64,000 bases of DNA from Octopus vulgaris (Eukaryota), in assembly GCA_951406725.2 (NCBI GenBank), contig OX597825.1, positions 44,578,001 through 44,642,000 of the forward strand, written 5' to 3'. A program made the translations under genes and the position numbers. Below the pieces are notes generated by a model. It had not been told where the DNA came from. It did not search any database and saw nothing but the letters and a program-made list of their open reading frames with translations. Below are positions 26,701 through 41,027 of the stretch, piece by piece; position 1 is the first letter of the stretch, and every line of letters begins with the position of its first letter.

Positions 26701-27670
26701 AAGAACTCAAAAACACCCTAATTGACAGCCACTACCCAGTTCAACTCATAGAGGATGGGATCAGACGTGCGACAGAAATCGACATAGAAACTTTGAGAAA
26801 AGTTCAAAACAACAACACACTTTCCCCGAAAATACTGCCTTACATATCCACATACAACCCCAGAAACAAAGAAACCTTCACCATCATCACCCAGAACTTA
26901 CCAATACTTCATAAGGACCCCAAATTAAAGGAAAGTCTAAACATACATAAAATCATTAAAAGATACAAACAACCTAAATCACCAAAAAAGATTCTTACAA
27001 AGGCAAAATTGTTTTCTGAAACTACGGATGCAAAAGTAAAAAAATGTGGTAGATACCCAAACCTTCTAGAAGGATCAGAATTCCTTTTCAAAGAGGGACA
27101 AAAATTCAAGATCAGATCTAATTTTACTTGTGCTTCTGAAAACATAATTTATGTCATAAGATGCTCGGGCTGCCACCAAAGCTTCGTAGGGTCCACGGGA
27201 TTATCACTCAGACGCAGATGCACTCTGCATCGACAACAGATTGCATTCCCAGAATACAGAATGATACCCTTTAGTGAGCATATTCAGAAATGCGAAAAGC
27301 AACTACTACCACAATTTTTAATCTTTCCATTGTATCAATGTGCTATTGGAATACCAACACAGATTAAACAAGGAAACATTCTTCATTGAAAAATATAAGC
27401 CTGAACTTAAACCATCCTAACATTCTTATACAGAGAAACTCATCTAATTGAAAAAAAGGGAAAAAAATATAAAGCGATTATCTCCCTTATACCGGAAGAA
27501 ATCCCTGATTACCTCCCCCTGTCTGGAACTCTTCTTTGCACTTCATAACGAAGACATGACACGATGTAGGTAAAGAAATTTGAAAAGTTTACACGAAACC
27601 GGTTATTTCTCCAAACACTATGTTACTATACACACAATTTTCTAACATTTTTCTAACATAACGACTTAAA
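23800..27670 (+). mobile_element. Penelope-like element (Neptune-type), frameshifted RT + GIY-YIG
   Basis: Motifs INLS, KGLKFTPTP, IKKADKGNAVVIM, LPKIHK, LRPIVAG, SFDVVNLHTSIP, GIAMDTRAAP, RFLDDCF, LPFLDI. GIY-YIG NIIYVIRCSGCHQSFVGST. Confidence 0.92.
27574..27610 (+). ncRNA. Minimal hammerhead motif, U3-A8 variant, in the Penelope 3' terminus
   Basis: AGAAAT-TTGAAAA-GT ttac AC-GAAA-CCGG-TT-ATTTCT, with a 6-bp perfect stem I. Confidence 0.7.
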
Positions 27671-27726
27671 TATATTCTTTAACCTTATAAAACAAGCCTT
27701 CTGTAGTTTTTTCACCCTTTTCTAGT

Positions 27727-27797
<71 letters not shown>

Positions 27798-28227
27798 GGA
27801 ACAAAAACGCAATAGAGGACAATAAAACATCCGGAAAGATAGACAATACAAAGGCGGACAGGAAAAACAACAAATACACGAACAGGAAAAAAAGATGGGT
27901 CATTGGTGGCCTTCATTCATCAGTCAAGTTTCCGGACGGTCCTTAGAGTTTTGGCAGTTACATTTGAGAATGTTCGAATCTGGTTGCCCCCAGAATGTCT
28001 AAGCTAAAGCAGTAGATTTTCTGTAAGAAAGTAAGCGAATGTGTACTACAAAAACAAAAATCGGAGAACATGTTACACAATTACTAATACAAACAACGGG
28101 AATATAACAACAGGTGTCTTTCAACTAATGAGGACGAATCAAATTGAGCTGACGTGCATAGAATGAAAGCCTTGGAGCAGGAACATAGAGGGTGGACATA
28201 AGAGATGTTGGCGGTCGGCAGTCAAGC

Positions 28228-28306
<79 letters not shown>

Positions 28307-28494
28307 TATCATATCAGAAAGGGAAATGGAATCTGATTAAATTTAAAATATTTAATCAAAATTTACATTTCCAGTGGTCCAACGTGCAAAAAATTTGTCA
28401 AAAAGGCTATATATTAATTATACGATAGTGTAAAATTATACACACAAGGAACCTACACCTAGGGTGAAGATTCAGCACATTAGAATTATATATA

Positions 28495-28556
<62 letters not shown>

Positions 28557-28557
<1 letters not shown>

Positions 28558-29450
28558 TAGCAGTATCGCCCGGCGTTGCTCGGGTTTGTAAGGGAAATAA
28601 CTATATAAGCATTTTTAGTGAGTTATAGCAAAAAAATAGCAAAAAATGCATTAAAAATGGAATAAAAAATGATGGTAATTTTTTTTTTAAATTGTTGACT
28701 CATCGTAGACATTTTTAGAGAGTTACTTCCCTTATATAATAGCGAAAAATGCATTAAAATGGAATAAAAAATGATGGTAATTTTTTTTTAAATCGTAGAC
28801 TCATCGTAGACGCGCGCTAATACCCAGAAGGGCTCGATATGAATTACGACTATAAGATACCCGGTTTTGGTTACACTGCAAAATGTGGGAGTAGTTAGGA
28901 ATCTAAATCGTGGGAGACAGACACACAACCTTACTTTTATATATAAAGATTTGTGCAACAACTAAAACATTCGGTTGTGCAAATTGTTTGCACAGGAAAC
29001 CTGCCCTGTGTGGCGGTAATTGCCGTTTTTGTGGATCTGTTTCAGCTTTTTTAGCGATTTCTGTTTTGGCGACTTCAAGCCGTGAAGTCGTTGTTCTAAA
29101 AGAACGCTGGTCTCCTTGACAACGTATTACGACGTTGATTTCCTTACACTCCCTTCCCCACAGCTTCACGAGGGAGGAAAGAAGGGGGAGAAGCAACACA
29201 GGTGCCGGTGCGAGCGTGGCCGCCAACTCCGCCGCCATCGACACACGAAAAAATATGCATTAAAATGGAATAAAAAATGATGTTAAATTATTTTTAAAAT
29301 CGTAGACTCATCGTAGACGCGCGCTAATACCCAGACAGGCTTGATATGAATCACAACTATAAGATACCCGAATTTGGTTAAACTGCACCGCAAAATGTGG
29401 GAGTAGTTAGGAATCTAAATCGAAGGGGACAGACACTCACACAACTACAG

Positions 29451-29460
<10 letters not shown>
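28557..29460 (-). mobile_element. Non-autonomous Helitron with a duplicated 5' region
   Basis: Minus-strand 3' end CCCGAGCAACGCCGGG..CTGCTAG is nearly identical to the 20846-20873 end. Blocks 28750-28945 and 29257-29460 are direct repeats. A TCTTTATATATAAA-type 5' end lies at ~28950. Confidence 0.8.
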
Positions 29461-29530
<70 letters not shown>

Positions 29531-30089
29531 GCATGCATATATACATACACACAGAACATCTTTATATGTATTGGTATGTGTCTGAATATATATTCAAGCA
29601 GATAAATAAAGGATTAATGCATTCGTTAACGAAAAAGGCTTGCAATTGGGAGAGAAAATGTGTGGGTTACTAAACTTTAGAATAAGTGGAATCAAAATGA
29701 AGTTTAAATTAAAATTATAAAATTAGGATAAAAATGCATTATTTTACGTAATATAAATCAGTAGAGGTTTTTAAACTTTGCAAGTCTAACTACAACAATA
29801 AAATAATGCAACGAAACCCATTAAATATATGAATAGTAATAATAAGGAAAACTTTGGCTATATTTTTTAAATAATTACATGGACAATGGACAAATGATGG
29901 GTTTTCTATTCTGAACATACGTTTAAATTATAATTAATAGATTCAGTAGGCAAAAGGCCACTGATAAAATTCAGTGTAGTTGCCGGTGGAATGCATCTAG
30001 AAGTATGAAATAATTAGATAGTTTCTAGATAGTTGAAGGGTTTTTCGTGGGTCTGTTTGTTGGGGAAATAAACTATATTAAAATAAAAT

Positions 30090-31400
30090 TATATGAGTTG
30101 ATAGATGTAGGTAGATTTGAGCGAACTTAGAAAACCCAATGACCAATGTTTCTTACTCGTATGGATTTTTGTTGTCAACTTATATTTGGAAGCGTGTCTA
30201 CAGCAGTTCAAGAGTTCTGATCTCTCATTTAAGACTCTTTTCTCCTGAAAGAGGATAAAGAATTCCTCGCTCAAGCATAAATCACGCCTCATTGAAAATC
30301 TGTGCTCTCCGTGTCTGTATGGGACTGCTTTTTCCAGAGTAGACTAGTAAATTTTAAAAGAAGACTCTCCCTCCCTTAACTGCCATATATGTTTGGCCAG
30401 ACTCGTTACGGTTCTATTCTCTGGATATCTGAAGGAATTTCTATGAGAATATAGTCTGGTTTTGAAGGAATTTTCCGTAGCACCTGTGTATGTTTTATAT
30501 GTACCTGCATTGTTCATTTGAACGTTAGCCCAAAAGGCAATTCCTTTTACTAGACAATTTCCTTCTAAGAGACACTAACTTTGGTCTTTGCTGTTGCAAT
30601 TTAGGCTGGTTATTTATTTCAGCATTGTTGGCTTTACTAATAGTCTTTGTGCTATGCTGGTTGATTAAAAAGGTGAAGTTCTTACAAGAATAGCTCGACT
30701 TAAGCGTTCTCTTAGGTTTAAGAATCTTTTACCTATATTACCTTCTATGGCGATATTGAAAGTTGAATTAAACCACAGAACTTTCCTGGTTCTAGTCTTG
30801 CGTGGTTTATTAAGGTTATTTTCGTTATGGCTATATTGGATATTCGAGAATCCACTGTTTCTTAATACTTCATTATAGTAGGCGCGGCATTTCGAAACGA
30901 TGTCTCGTTCGATGATCTTGATGATATGCGCCTTCCTATATTGCCAACTATATTATTAAGAATTACAGGTCGGTGGTTGGACTCTTTGTTGATATAGCAT
31001 AGCTTTTCGTTAGGTTCACGGTAGGGTTTAAATTTATCTAATTGTAAATCTAAGGAAATGTCTAAGAAGTTTACGCTAGTTAGGTTCGTATCTATAGTGA
31101 TTTTATAAGCCCATTCTTTGAAAGAAAGTGATAAGATTCTCCTTGAGTCCATCGATATTATCTTGTATGCCAGAAAATCTCTACATTTTTTCGACGATTC
31201 CACCTGTGTCACAAAGAGTGAAGATTCTTTATTCGGTGTGCCGATGGATACGTACGACGGTGCAGAACTATGCATGTTAATAGGAACTTCCATTTTGCAC
31301 AACCTGCATCTAGAATTTCTTTCTATATATACATGATTATATAGGAATGATGGCCTTATAGTCACTTGTACTACGAACGGGAATGAACTCGATGGACAAC
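30090..31400 (-). mobile_element. Penelope-like element fragment (probably Nematis-type) with an inverted 5' segment
   Basis: Minus strand: VNFLDISLDL, YINKESNH, then GIY-YIG. Plus strand 31118-31390: FGVPMDTYDGAELCMLIG..YRNDGL. Confidence 0.85.
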
Positions 31401-33849
31401 AACAATAATCGCGATACAAAAGACAAAAGTAAGCGATAAGGATAGGAAGTTCGAACAATTGGAAAGTAACCATGGAATACCTGATAATATGAAAATTATT
31501 AGTGATTTTAAGGAATTAGGGCCGCATAAGATATGTAACTCAGACAATAACTGAAATATTAATAGGCCGCACTCGGATAAAGGAAATAACTGCTATGAAA
31601 AGCAGTCCACTAGAACTACAGAAATGAATAGAAATTTTAACGCCAAACGGGCCAAATATAAAAACCAGAAAAACAGGATTTTACCAGGTAGTTAACTAAA
31701 ACTGCAGAAAACCATAACAAAAGTTTCTCTAGTAAAAATATAAACAGTAATGTCAATTGGTATATAAATCCCTTTGGAAAGCAAATTCTTTCCAGCATTT
31801 CTAAATTGTTCTATTCGGCACTGGATAAATATTTTCCAAAAAATAGTAAATATTTTGTAATGTTTATATGCCAACAGATTGTGGCAGTCCTCTGAAGTAC
31901 GATTTTACTGTTGTTTTAGCCCCAGAACTCTTTTCCAGCATGCGTATGTGTGCGTGCGTGTATGTGTGTGTGTGCGTGGCTAGTTCTCGAAAGACATCCG
32001 AGAATGCAACTCAAAGAAGAACTGCGTATATGGAAAAGTATATTTTTAAATATTTATACATATTTAATAAGTCATATGGAATTAACTCACCCACACTAGA
32101 ATGCAAAAGGATTGCTGGAAAACATTTTTAATAATAATAATAATGATAATAATATTACAATTCCCAATAATAACATTAAGAAAACAATTCAAGTGGCAAC
32201 GAATTGCAAAATAACTAAAATCCAGAACAAATGTAGCAACAGCAAAACCCAACAACTGCAAAACAACACGACAAATGAATGTGATATTAACAATAAATAA
32301 ACTAACAACAAAAGCAGCTACAACAGAAGACAAAAAAATCTGCCTCTGCAGCAGTGAGTGCAAAAACAGAGTAACATCATCAACAACAAAAACTAAGGCT
32401 ACAAGGGCAACAAAAGCATTATGGTGACATGTTCCATTCCGGAAGACGATGACAGATAAGTCTAGAAAGTTCAACTGGTTTCCTGGTGGTTGGAAGCCTG
32501 AGGAAATAATATTCAGACTTCAGGTTAAAACAAAGAAAAAATTATTTTCTTTTCTGATTCTTTTATTAACTTACTTTTCAAACTGTAAGTTATATGAAGT
32601 AAAGTTTAGAAGCATTGGTTATGCATGTAATACTTATAAACTATGAAACACCATGAGTTGGCAAGATAGGATGAACAGCCGTCAGAATGCCCTGTGTTGT
32701 TTAGTTGCGGCTTTCTCAGTTCAAGTCCTATCGAAATCATCTTAGACTTTTATCTTTTAGTATTTGATAAAATATGTAAAATAAGTGTTAAGTTGTTATA
32801 ATCAACTACCCATTTCTCTCTTTCTTCTTTGGATCCCCTCGCCAAAAGATAGCAGGTTTCGGAATCACTATTAAAATTATGGAGAGGCGCAATTGGCAAT
32901 ACTATAAGAAGAAATGCTACTGAATAAATTTACTGCGGTTCGTACCTTATTGTCGGCTGTAACAAAAAAGTTTATCTATAGATTCATCGGAGAGATGGGG
33001 ATACAAAATACATATAGTTCAGTCCATCTACCAAGAAGACGGTCTTAAAGAACTAGAAGGTGAATTAACCCAATGTCACAATAATAATATTGCAATTTAT
33101 TTTATAAACTACTGTAGTTACTGAGGCAAAGTTTCCACTTTGAGTTTTAATAATCTGAATGTATTCAGTGGTGCCTCCGCCAATGAATAAAGTATTCGCT
33201 ATAAAATAAAAATGTGTGAATGTCGAGACTACAAAATTAATTAGAGTCTACAGAAAACTATTGATTGACTTATTCCATTTGATTCAGTGCAGTAAGAATC
33301 AATATTTACCAGAATGGTACGGCGTCAGATATTTCCGGAGAAGTATAGTCTATTCATTCTATCGGAATACTGATAGATAGTTTATCGCCTCCTAAGGGAG
33401 ATGATAAAGTTGAACCCAGAATGGAATTTGAACCCATAATGTACAGAATCATTACTAAATTATCTGAAATACAGTCTTCCTACTGCCGACTGTCACCAAT
33501 GCAATAGTAGTAACAATGATTTTCACACCTTTTCATTGGACGTTGGCCTTAGTGGATTCGTATTTATTTTAACAACCCTAAACTGTGAAATATCTTTCAA
33601 CTCAGGCTGTAAGTTGGTATTTGTCCTACACTTTATCAATTCTATCGGCCACTTTCATTTCAATAACAAAAGGCGATCACAGCCGCTCACTGCCAAAGAA
33701 ATGTTAGATATATCGTATCTTCAACGCGTGTTTGCACATCAATTAGCCTCTGCATGTCTAGGTCTTCATGCAACGGATGTTGACAGCAAATGGACAATCT
33801 AACCAGCAGAACACGTCCCCTCTATAGAAAGTGTAAGAGCAAACTTTCC

Positions 33850-34700
33850 ATTCTGTTCAATCATAAAGTCACTAGGGTCAGGTGGCAGTAGATGACGGAA
33901 GCCAAGTAAGTATTCGACACACCGCTTGACTTCCAAGCATAGTATATCTATACTTGAAAGTCAAGCTATGCTTGAGACTAGGCACTTATCGTTATCGACC
34001 GTCTAGCACCAAGTGATGCTGTTAGCTGGCATAGACCTGCCTCTCCGGGTGCAATACTGCAGGCCCGACCTTCACCTTGATTAATTTTTGCTCATGTCAC
34101 TGCCTCATATCCCATTAAAGTAGTGTCGATCACCTTCATTTGCATGATGTCTAGCACTATTACTAAGATGTCGTCCACATAAGCAAACACGGATCTTCTG
34201 CATTCTAGCTCTCACGGAATGCCCCCTCAAAATCTCCGCCTTCTTCCGTTGTGACTCTAGGGTCAGAACGTCCAGAAGTAGAAAGAAAAGGCAAAGCTAG
34301 TGAACTTAACGCAGAATACTTATTCCGATAATCGGTCATTTACTCTCATCACCGAGCAAATATCTATGCACATTACAGCGATCCAGCTTCTGAAGAAACC
34401 AGACACCACGAGGACAGCCACCAAGTATTGATGGTCAATTCCATGGAAAGCCTTCGAATGATCGAAAGTGATCATAGTTCCACCTATGACATGACTTGTA
34501 CCCATTCTTTTCATGATGCATTGCGTGAGCAGCTGGTTGGTTTGGGTCTATTTGGTGTGGAGCATGACAGTATCTCACCTACAAGAGGCCACTGAATAAA
34601 TCTGACATGTGAAAATGATGCTCGTACGGCAATTACTTCTTAGCTAGTTTTCTAAACTTTGAATTTTTAGCAACCGGTTTCCAATTTTCAATAATCGGTT
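33850..34700 (-). mobile_element. Highly degenerate L1/Tx1-type RT fragment
   Basis: FDHSKAFHGIDHQYL (compare LDQxKAFDRVDH) and FAYVDDILV at ~34165-34190. Confidence 0.7.
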
Positions 34701-34776
34701 TCTGTCTATGCAGCGTATTTAAGTTGGCCGTATTGATTATAGTTTATTTAGCCGATCACTTTATAATGTGGGCCTC

Positions 34777-37556
34777 TGTTGTGGAAGGATTCCGACCAAG
34801 TGACTAAAGGTGGACTGACACACTGTTGAAAAACTGTGAGGGATGGAGTTTCGGTTGGTTAGCAGTTCGCTATGAGTCACTGACACAGAGCGTTGATACG
34901 TGTGTAATAGTAATGGCAGTGTGTCGTGTATATACTTTCTTCCCTCCACCCTGCTTCGTTTGATTATACATCCAACAAGGATATAAAAGTGGCGACGAGT
35001 TGTTCAAAGCTTGCGTTGGACGTTTAAATTTTTTTAAGGTACGAAACCAAAGAAAAAGTGGATCTTTTCCTTTTGAACGGCACACAATTTCTAGTTAACT
35101 AAACACTTTAAAACTTCGTATACTGGTAGAATGTGTCAAAATAAAACATTTTTTTCTCTTGGCTTTCTTGATAAAATTGTAATTCGTTTGTTTAATATAG
35201 TTTAATTTTTCGAATTTTAACCAATGAATCGCCTCTAATTGAGCTAAAATCATTTGCTGCGTCTGAAACCGAGACAACATCCTGTCACTAACCCTAAACC
35301 TCACCCTAACCCTAACTCTAACCCTAATTTTTTTTTCTTAATTGTTAAATTAATTTAATTGTTACGCGTGTAAAAAAATATTCAAATGTAGTAAAATAGG
35401 CCATAAAATGTCGCGCTGTAGGGCAGAACCAATAGGGAGTTTAAAAGAAAAAAACGCGTAAACGGATTATCGGTAAGAAAAAATACGAGCAAGCCTCAAA
35501 GAAAATTTGTGTATGTAAAGTTACAATTGGATTCAGGCAGTGACATCTTAATAATTAACATAGACACATGGAAAAAAATCAAGAGACCTAAATTAGATAA
35601 ATCTTCGAAAATTGCCTGTGGTGTTTCACGAAAAAAAAATATTTCAAGGGCGAATTGATAAGTAATATTACATTTCGTGAAAAAACTTAAAAGCTAAAGT
35701 TTTTGTGTTAAATAATACCACAAATTTATTTAGTACTGATTAGATGGAATTATTTAACCTATGGGACCTCCCCATAAATCTTTTCTGTAATAATGTGAAT
35801 TGTTTTTCCTCCAGCAAAAATATGTCGTCAAACGAATTGAAAAGAAAATATTTAAAGTCCTGTCTGATAAATTAGGTCTGTGTACAAAAACGAAGGCGCG
35901 GTTTCAAATTAAAGAAAACTATATACCAGTGTTTAAACAAAAACGAACTGTACCATTCGCAGTGTTAGAACAGATAAACTTAGAGAGAGACTAGAAAAAA
36001 ATTGAAGTTATCCAAAAAGTGGAATGTAGTCAATGGGCATCACCAAATGTGTACGATAAGAAAAGAATAATAAAATCAGAGTGTGTGCTGATTTCTCCAC
36101 TGGTTTAAACGAATGTCTTAAAACGTGCCACTATCCGCCATCTCCAGATGATATTTTTGCGAAATTAAACGGCGGCAAGATATTTTCTAAATTGGATCTC
36201 TCTGACGTGTACCTACAAATTAGAGTAGAGAACGAATGCTCTAAATATCTAACAATTAACAAACATAAAGAATTGTATAAATACAACAGGTTACCATATG
36301 GCTTAAAAGTTGCACCAACGCCTTTTCAACAGATTATAGATGCAATGTTAGCGGACTAAATTCACAATTTCATATCTGGATGATATACTCATTAAAAGTG
36401 AATCCAGGGATCAACACGTATAGCACGTAAAATATGTATTCGAAAATATTAGGGATTACGGCTTTACTTTGAGTGAAGAAAAGTGTCCCCTTAAGGGTTC
36501 ACTTAAGGCTTCAAATTAACTTGTGTGGTGGACAGTTTTTCAAAGTGGCTGGAAGTGCATACATGTAAATAGCCGACATCTGCGGTTACAATGAGTTTTT
36601 TTACACGAATTGTTCGCCAGGTATGGTATTCTGGATACCACTGTCTCCGATGATGGAACTCAATTTACGCCAGACAAGTTAAGAAAATTTAGTAAAATGT
36701 TCGTCACCGAACATGTAAACCACTCCGCCCTATCATCCTAGGTCATTTGACAAGCGGAACGTTTTGCTGTCACTTTCAAGGGGGCATTGATAAAAGCGAA
36801 CAATGAAGTGATGGACGATTTTGCACTTCAATAATTTCTAAGAGTGTACCGGGTAGCACCTAGTCCGAATACACTGTCGGGAATGTCACCCGCAACTTTG
36901 ATGCTTGTTAGAAAGCTCAGATCCGTCTTTGATAAGTTGATATCAAGTGAAAATTTAAAAAGATAGGCAAACAACAAAAATATTTCAAAATTCTTCAAAT
37001 TAGATAAAAAAGAAGTTTTTTAATTATTAAACAAAGTGGAAGAATGATATTCCTGGTAAAAGTAAAAAATATCGAACACAAAATACAAAACTTTAAAAAA
37101 TGATTAATGGAAAAAACAGTTACGAGAAATAAAATACCCGTGGAAGTATTGTACGACACGTTTGAGGTATCAACACCAAAAGATTTGAAACTACACGTTC
37201 TATCACCAGAAAACGGAAAAGAACGGAAACACTGTAATCGAACTCTAAGCATAAGAGATATTAAAACTCGGAGCGGAGTTCAATTCTCAAAAGACGGGAA
37301 GTGAGAGGGGACTAATTCTAAAAAGGGGAGATGTTGTGAAAGGACTCCGATCCGTCTCCCCCGAAGTGACTAAAGGTGGACTGACTCATTGTTATAAAGT
37401 GAAGAACTGTGAGTGATTGGAGTTCGGGTTGGTAAGCAGTTTGCTGTGAGTCGTTGGTAGAGAGTGCTGAGTCTCGTGTAATTAATAATGGTAGTGTGTC
37501 GTATATATACTTTCTTCTTGCTTCGTTATATTATATATACACCACAGGATATAAAA
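34777..37556 (+). mobile_element. Internally deleted Ty3/Gypsy LTR retrotransposon
   Basis: LTRs at 34777-34988 and 37332-37556 both start TGTTGTG. PBS TGGCGACGAG at 34990. PPT AAAAGGGGAGA at 37321. TSD GCCTC/GCCAC. Protease LQLDSGS, RT FSKLDLSDVYLQI and YLDD, integrase VVDSFSKWLEV, SDDGTQF, QAERF. Confidence 0.9.
35290..35327. repeat. Short degenerate (CCCTAA)n tract
   Basis: ACCCTAAACCTCACCCTAACCCTAACTCTAACCCTAA. Confidence 0.85.
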
Positions 37557-37679
37557 GCCACATATGCTATCATTATCTGAAGAATACTCAATCTAGAAAA
37601 GAAATGGATGACATGATGTTGTTTGCGCCTACATTGGAGCATTGGAGAAATAAATTGAATATGTACCTGTCAACCAGTT

Positions 37680-38090
37680 AGAAATTATTGGGCTGTATTT
37701 CTAGGCATGTATACTTCCTGTTCTTATCAGCTAACTCCACACAATCGTGAGGTGCATCCAATACAGTGTTCTTCCAAGTCTCCACAGCACTAAAGAGCAA
37801 ATCTCCAGATGGCTGAAGTAATCTGACCACCCGCTCAGCCGGATATGTACTAACTGGTTTAAAAGATTCAACTTCGTTACTGTTCACGTTTAGGACCACC
37901 AGCTTATTGTCCTGGGCCAGAAAGATCGGCTATATCTATAGGCTGAGGCCAATCCGAAACAACACTGCCTCTACGCCTATCCCGGGTCGGCCTCGAGAGG
38001 CGTATTTCTCAAAGTTGTCATAATTAGCCTTAATAGATACTGCAAGACATTTTGTTTGGCGCTCTAACAGTTCTGAGCTGTAACAGCTCA
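37680..38090 (-). mobile_element. Degenerate L1/Tx1 apurinic-like endonuclease fragment
   Basis: GVEAVLFR..LVVLNVN..FKPVSTYPA resembles the GVAILF..GRLVVLDV..RLVxVYAP pattern. Confidence 0.45.
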
Positions 38091-38579
38091 CCACCCTTAA
38101 GTTTGTTATTCGGGCATAATTTAGAATATGAAATGTCGGAGCAAGTAAATACCACAAAGCATTTTTTTCTATCAATTTTAGAAGGATGGTCTCAGATGAT
38201 TCCACTGACCCCGGCACACACTATTCATTTCATGCTCTAGGGATATATAAAGTACCAGTCGAGTACTAGAATCCAATGTAATAGATTAAGCACTTCCCCC
38301 TAAATTTGTTGGCCTTGGACCAAAATTAGAAACATTTATTATTAATAACCTTTTCATTTTTTGGCGACGTTGACTAAAAATCACTAAATTCAAAGTACAA
38401 TATAATGAGATATACTTAATAATGTCTTTTTTTTTCAATCATAAGAACGGTCTTGAAAGATATAAGACGATACAATTGATTACATATACGTGTAAACAGT
38501 AAAATAACTTTAAAAAAATGAAAAATTCCATAAGATAATTCCCTAAAAGGGTAGAAACCTTCGACTGTGCTCAAGGAGA

Positions 38580-39300
38580 TTCCACAAAACGATGGTCACT
38601 CTGACTAGAGTTATCCATTTTCCTCTCTCAGTCTACAAGCACATACTCAGAGCAAGCCAGTACGGCTCGAACCATCCTTGCTATTCGTAATCCACCATTC
38701 AGCGAATTTTCTGGGAGGCAGCACTTCATTTTCGACTTCACTCTTCACCGTCGCTTTCCATTTCAAGTGAAACTTGAAAGAGTTAATGGAGGCTGGCCAA
38801 AGAGAAACGTGTCTTCAGTCATTTCCATCTTATCCATTACGCATCCACTTTCGCTGGAGCACAAGGCAGACGAAGATTGCCTGTCATTCCCGAAGGAAAG
38901 AGGTGAGATAATCAATTCAGCTAATAGTCAGATCAGTCCTGCATACAACAGGTGTTCGTTATAACAGCTCAAGTCAGTTATGTTTGGGCACTCAAGTCAG
39001 CAACGTTGGCGAATCTGGAGCAGGTTAAGGCTGACAACATATCCGTGTTTGTAGAGCTTATCCTGAAGCGGCAATTTTCCTTGATAGCACTGCCAGGACA
39101 GAGATCTCTGGGAATTATCCATGCGCTCTGGCGCGGAAGTCCTCCAGAATAGATCAGCTAACTGATTTTCATCGACATCCTGGATCTACGAGATATCTGT
39201 AGTACGCGAAAGTGGAATTTACACTGACAAGATTGCCCATCTGGGATAGGACTGTGGACGCCTGACCACACTCTTGGTGCCCGGCATTCTGCTTCAGTCT
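38580..39300 (-). mobile_element. Degenerate 3' ORF2 fragment of an L1/Tx1-type LINE
   Basis: GC-richer block with patchy similarity to 58840-59985. Confidence 0.4.
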
Positions 39301-39888
39301 AAGCTTCTCTTGAACTACCGCTGCAAAAAACAAAAAAAGAGAAAAAAAGGCGCTGGAAAAATCGAATCAGAGAATGTACACGAAAGTTATAATATGCAGA
39401 TACTTCTGACTTCATGTTCCAGTGAGTAGTAATAGTATCGTTGATCTTGTCACTATTTGATGGTGGTAGTGACATGTGGTTGCTCATCTTTTCTTTTAGT
39501 ATGTTGCGGTTACATTTGTTGTTGCTGCTGCAACTACCACTTGTCACTTTGGTGATAGTGTATGAGAAGAGTAAATTCTTCGTCTATAGAGTTAAAGGTA
39601 AACTTTGAGTTACTAATTCCATTTCCCTCTCAAAATTGCTTCCATTTTCCGTTCGTTTTCATTTAATATTTGCTTCAAAAGAAAATACATGGAAGTAGTA
39701 TTTCCCAAATTTTACTAAACAAAATGAAACAGAAAAAAAAACGAAAAAGAAATCAACCAGTGTGATGGTGTTCTGGTTAGCTTAGAAATGAAACATATCA
39801 AAACTAATGATAAAAATTCTCTAAATAAACAAACCAAAAATAAACTTACGGACCGCTTTTGAGTACGTGTTTCTAGTACATTGAAAAC

Positions 39889-39986
<98 letters not shown>

Positions 39987-39989
39987 TAA

Positions 39990-40545
39990 ATGTCCTGATG
40001 CAGTACCGGGCAGTAGATCTCATGGTTTTTTTCTCTTCAATGTTTGGTAGTGTTATGATGTACTTGTTTTGCCTTGATATAAAAGATGCTCTTCAGCAAA
40101 TATTCTACTCGATACCACAAATTTTCTCGTCAGTTGCTTGACCTTAATCAGTTGAACATGTTCCTTAGTAGTTGACGATACGGGAATCTCTGATCACGAG
40201 CAGAAGTAATGGAGGAGCATAAAAGCCATGTGTTGAGAGGAATTATTTGGAGTTTGAATAACTCACCTCTAGAAACTTTAATATTTTGTTTACCATCCTT
40301 AAACAACCTTTATTCAGGAACCTTTTGAGTAGGATGGGCTACTTAACCAGAAGAAAATTCTAATAGGGCCCCACCTACAAGGTCATGTGCTGTTTATCTT
40401 GATATGAGATCACCATGTTGCGGACATTTGGTTGTGATGCATGTGCCTGGTGTACACTTATCAGACGGGTAGTCATGATGGGTATATTGGGCTTCGTATA
40501 TTTTAACCCAGTGTCACTTTGATGGCATGCACTGCTCTCTCACTC
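39990..40545 (+). mobile_element. ~550-bp (AAT)n-flanked repeat, copy 2
   Basis: Colinear with copies 1 and 3. Confidence 0.85.
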
Positions 40546-41009
<464 letters not shown>

Positions 41010-41027
41010 AATAATAATAATAATAAT

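Noticed and set aside
35290-35327. Telomere or chromosome-fusion site
   Set aside because: Only about five degenerate units, in one orientation, inside a TE.
39299-39547. 82-aa minus-strand ORF as a host exon
   Set aside because: Low complexity, non-ATG start, weak splice signals and no recognisable homology.
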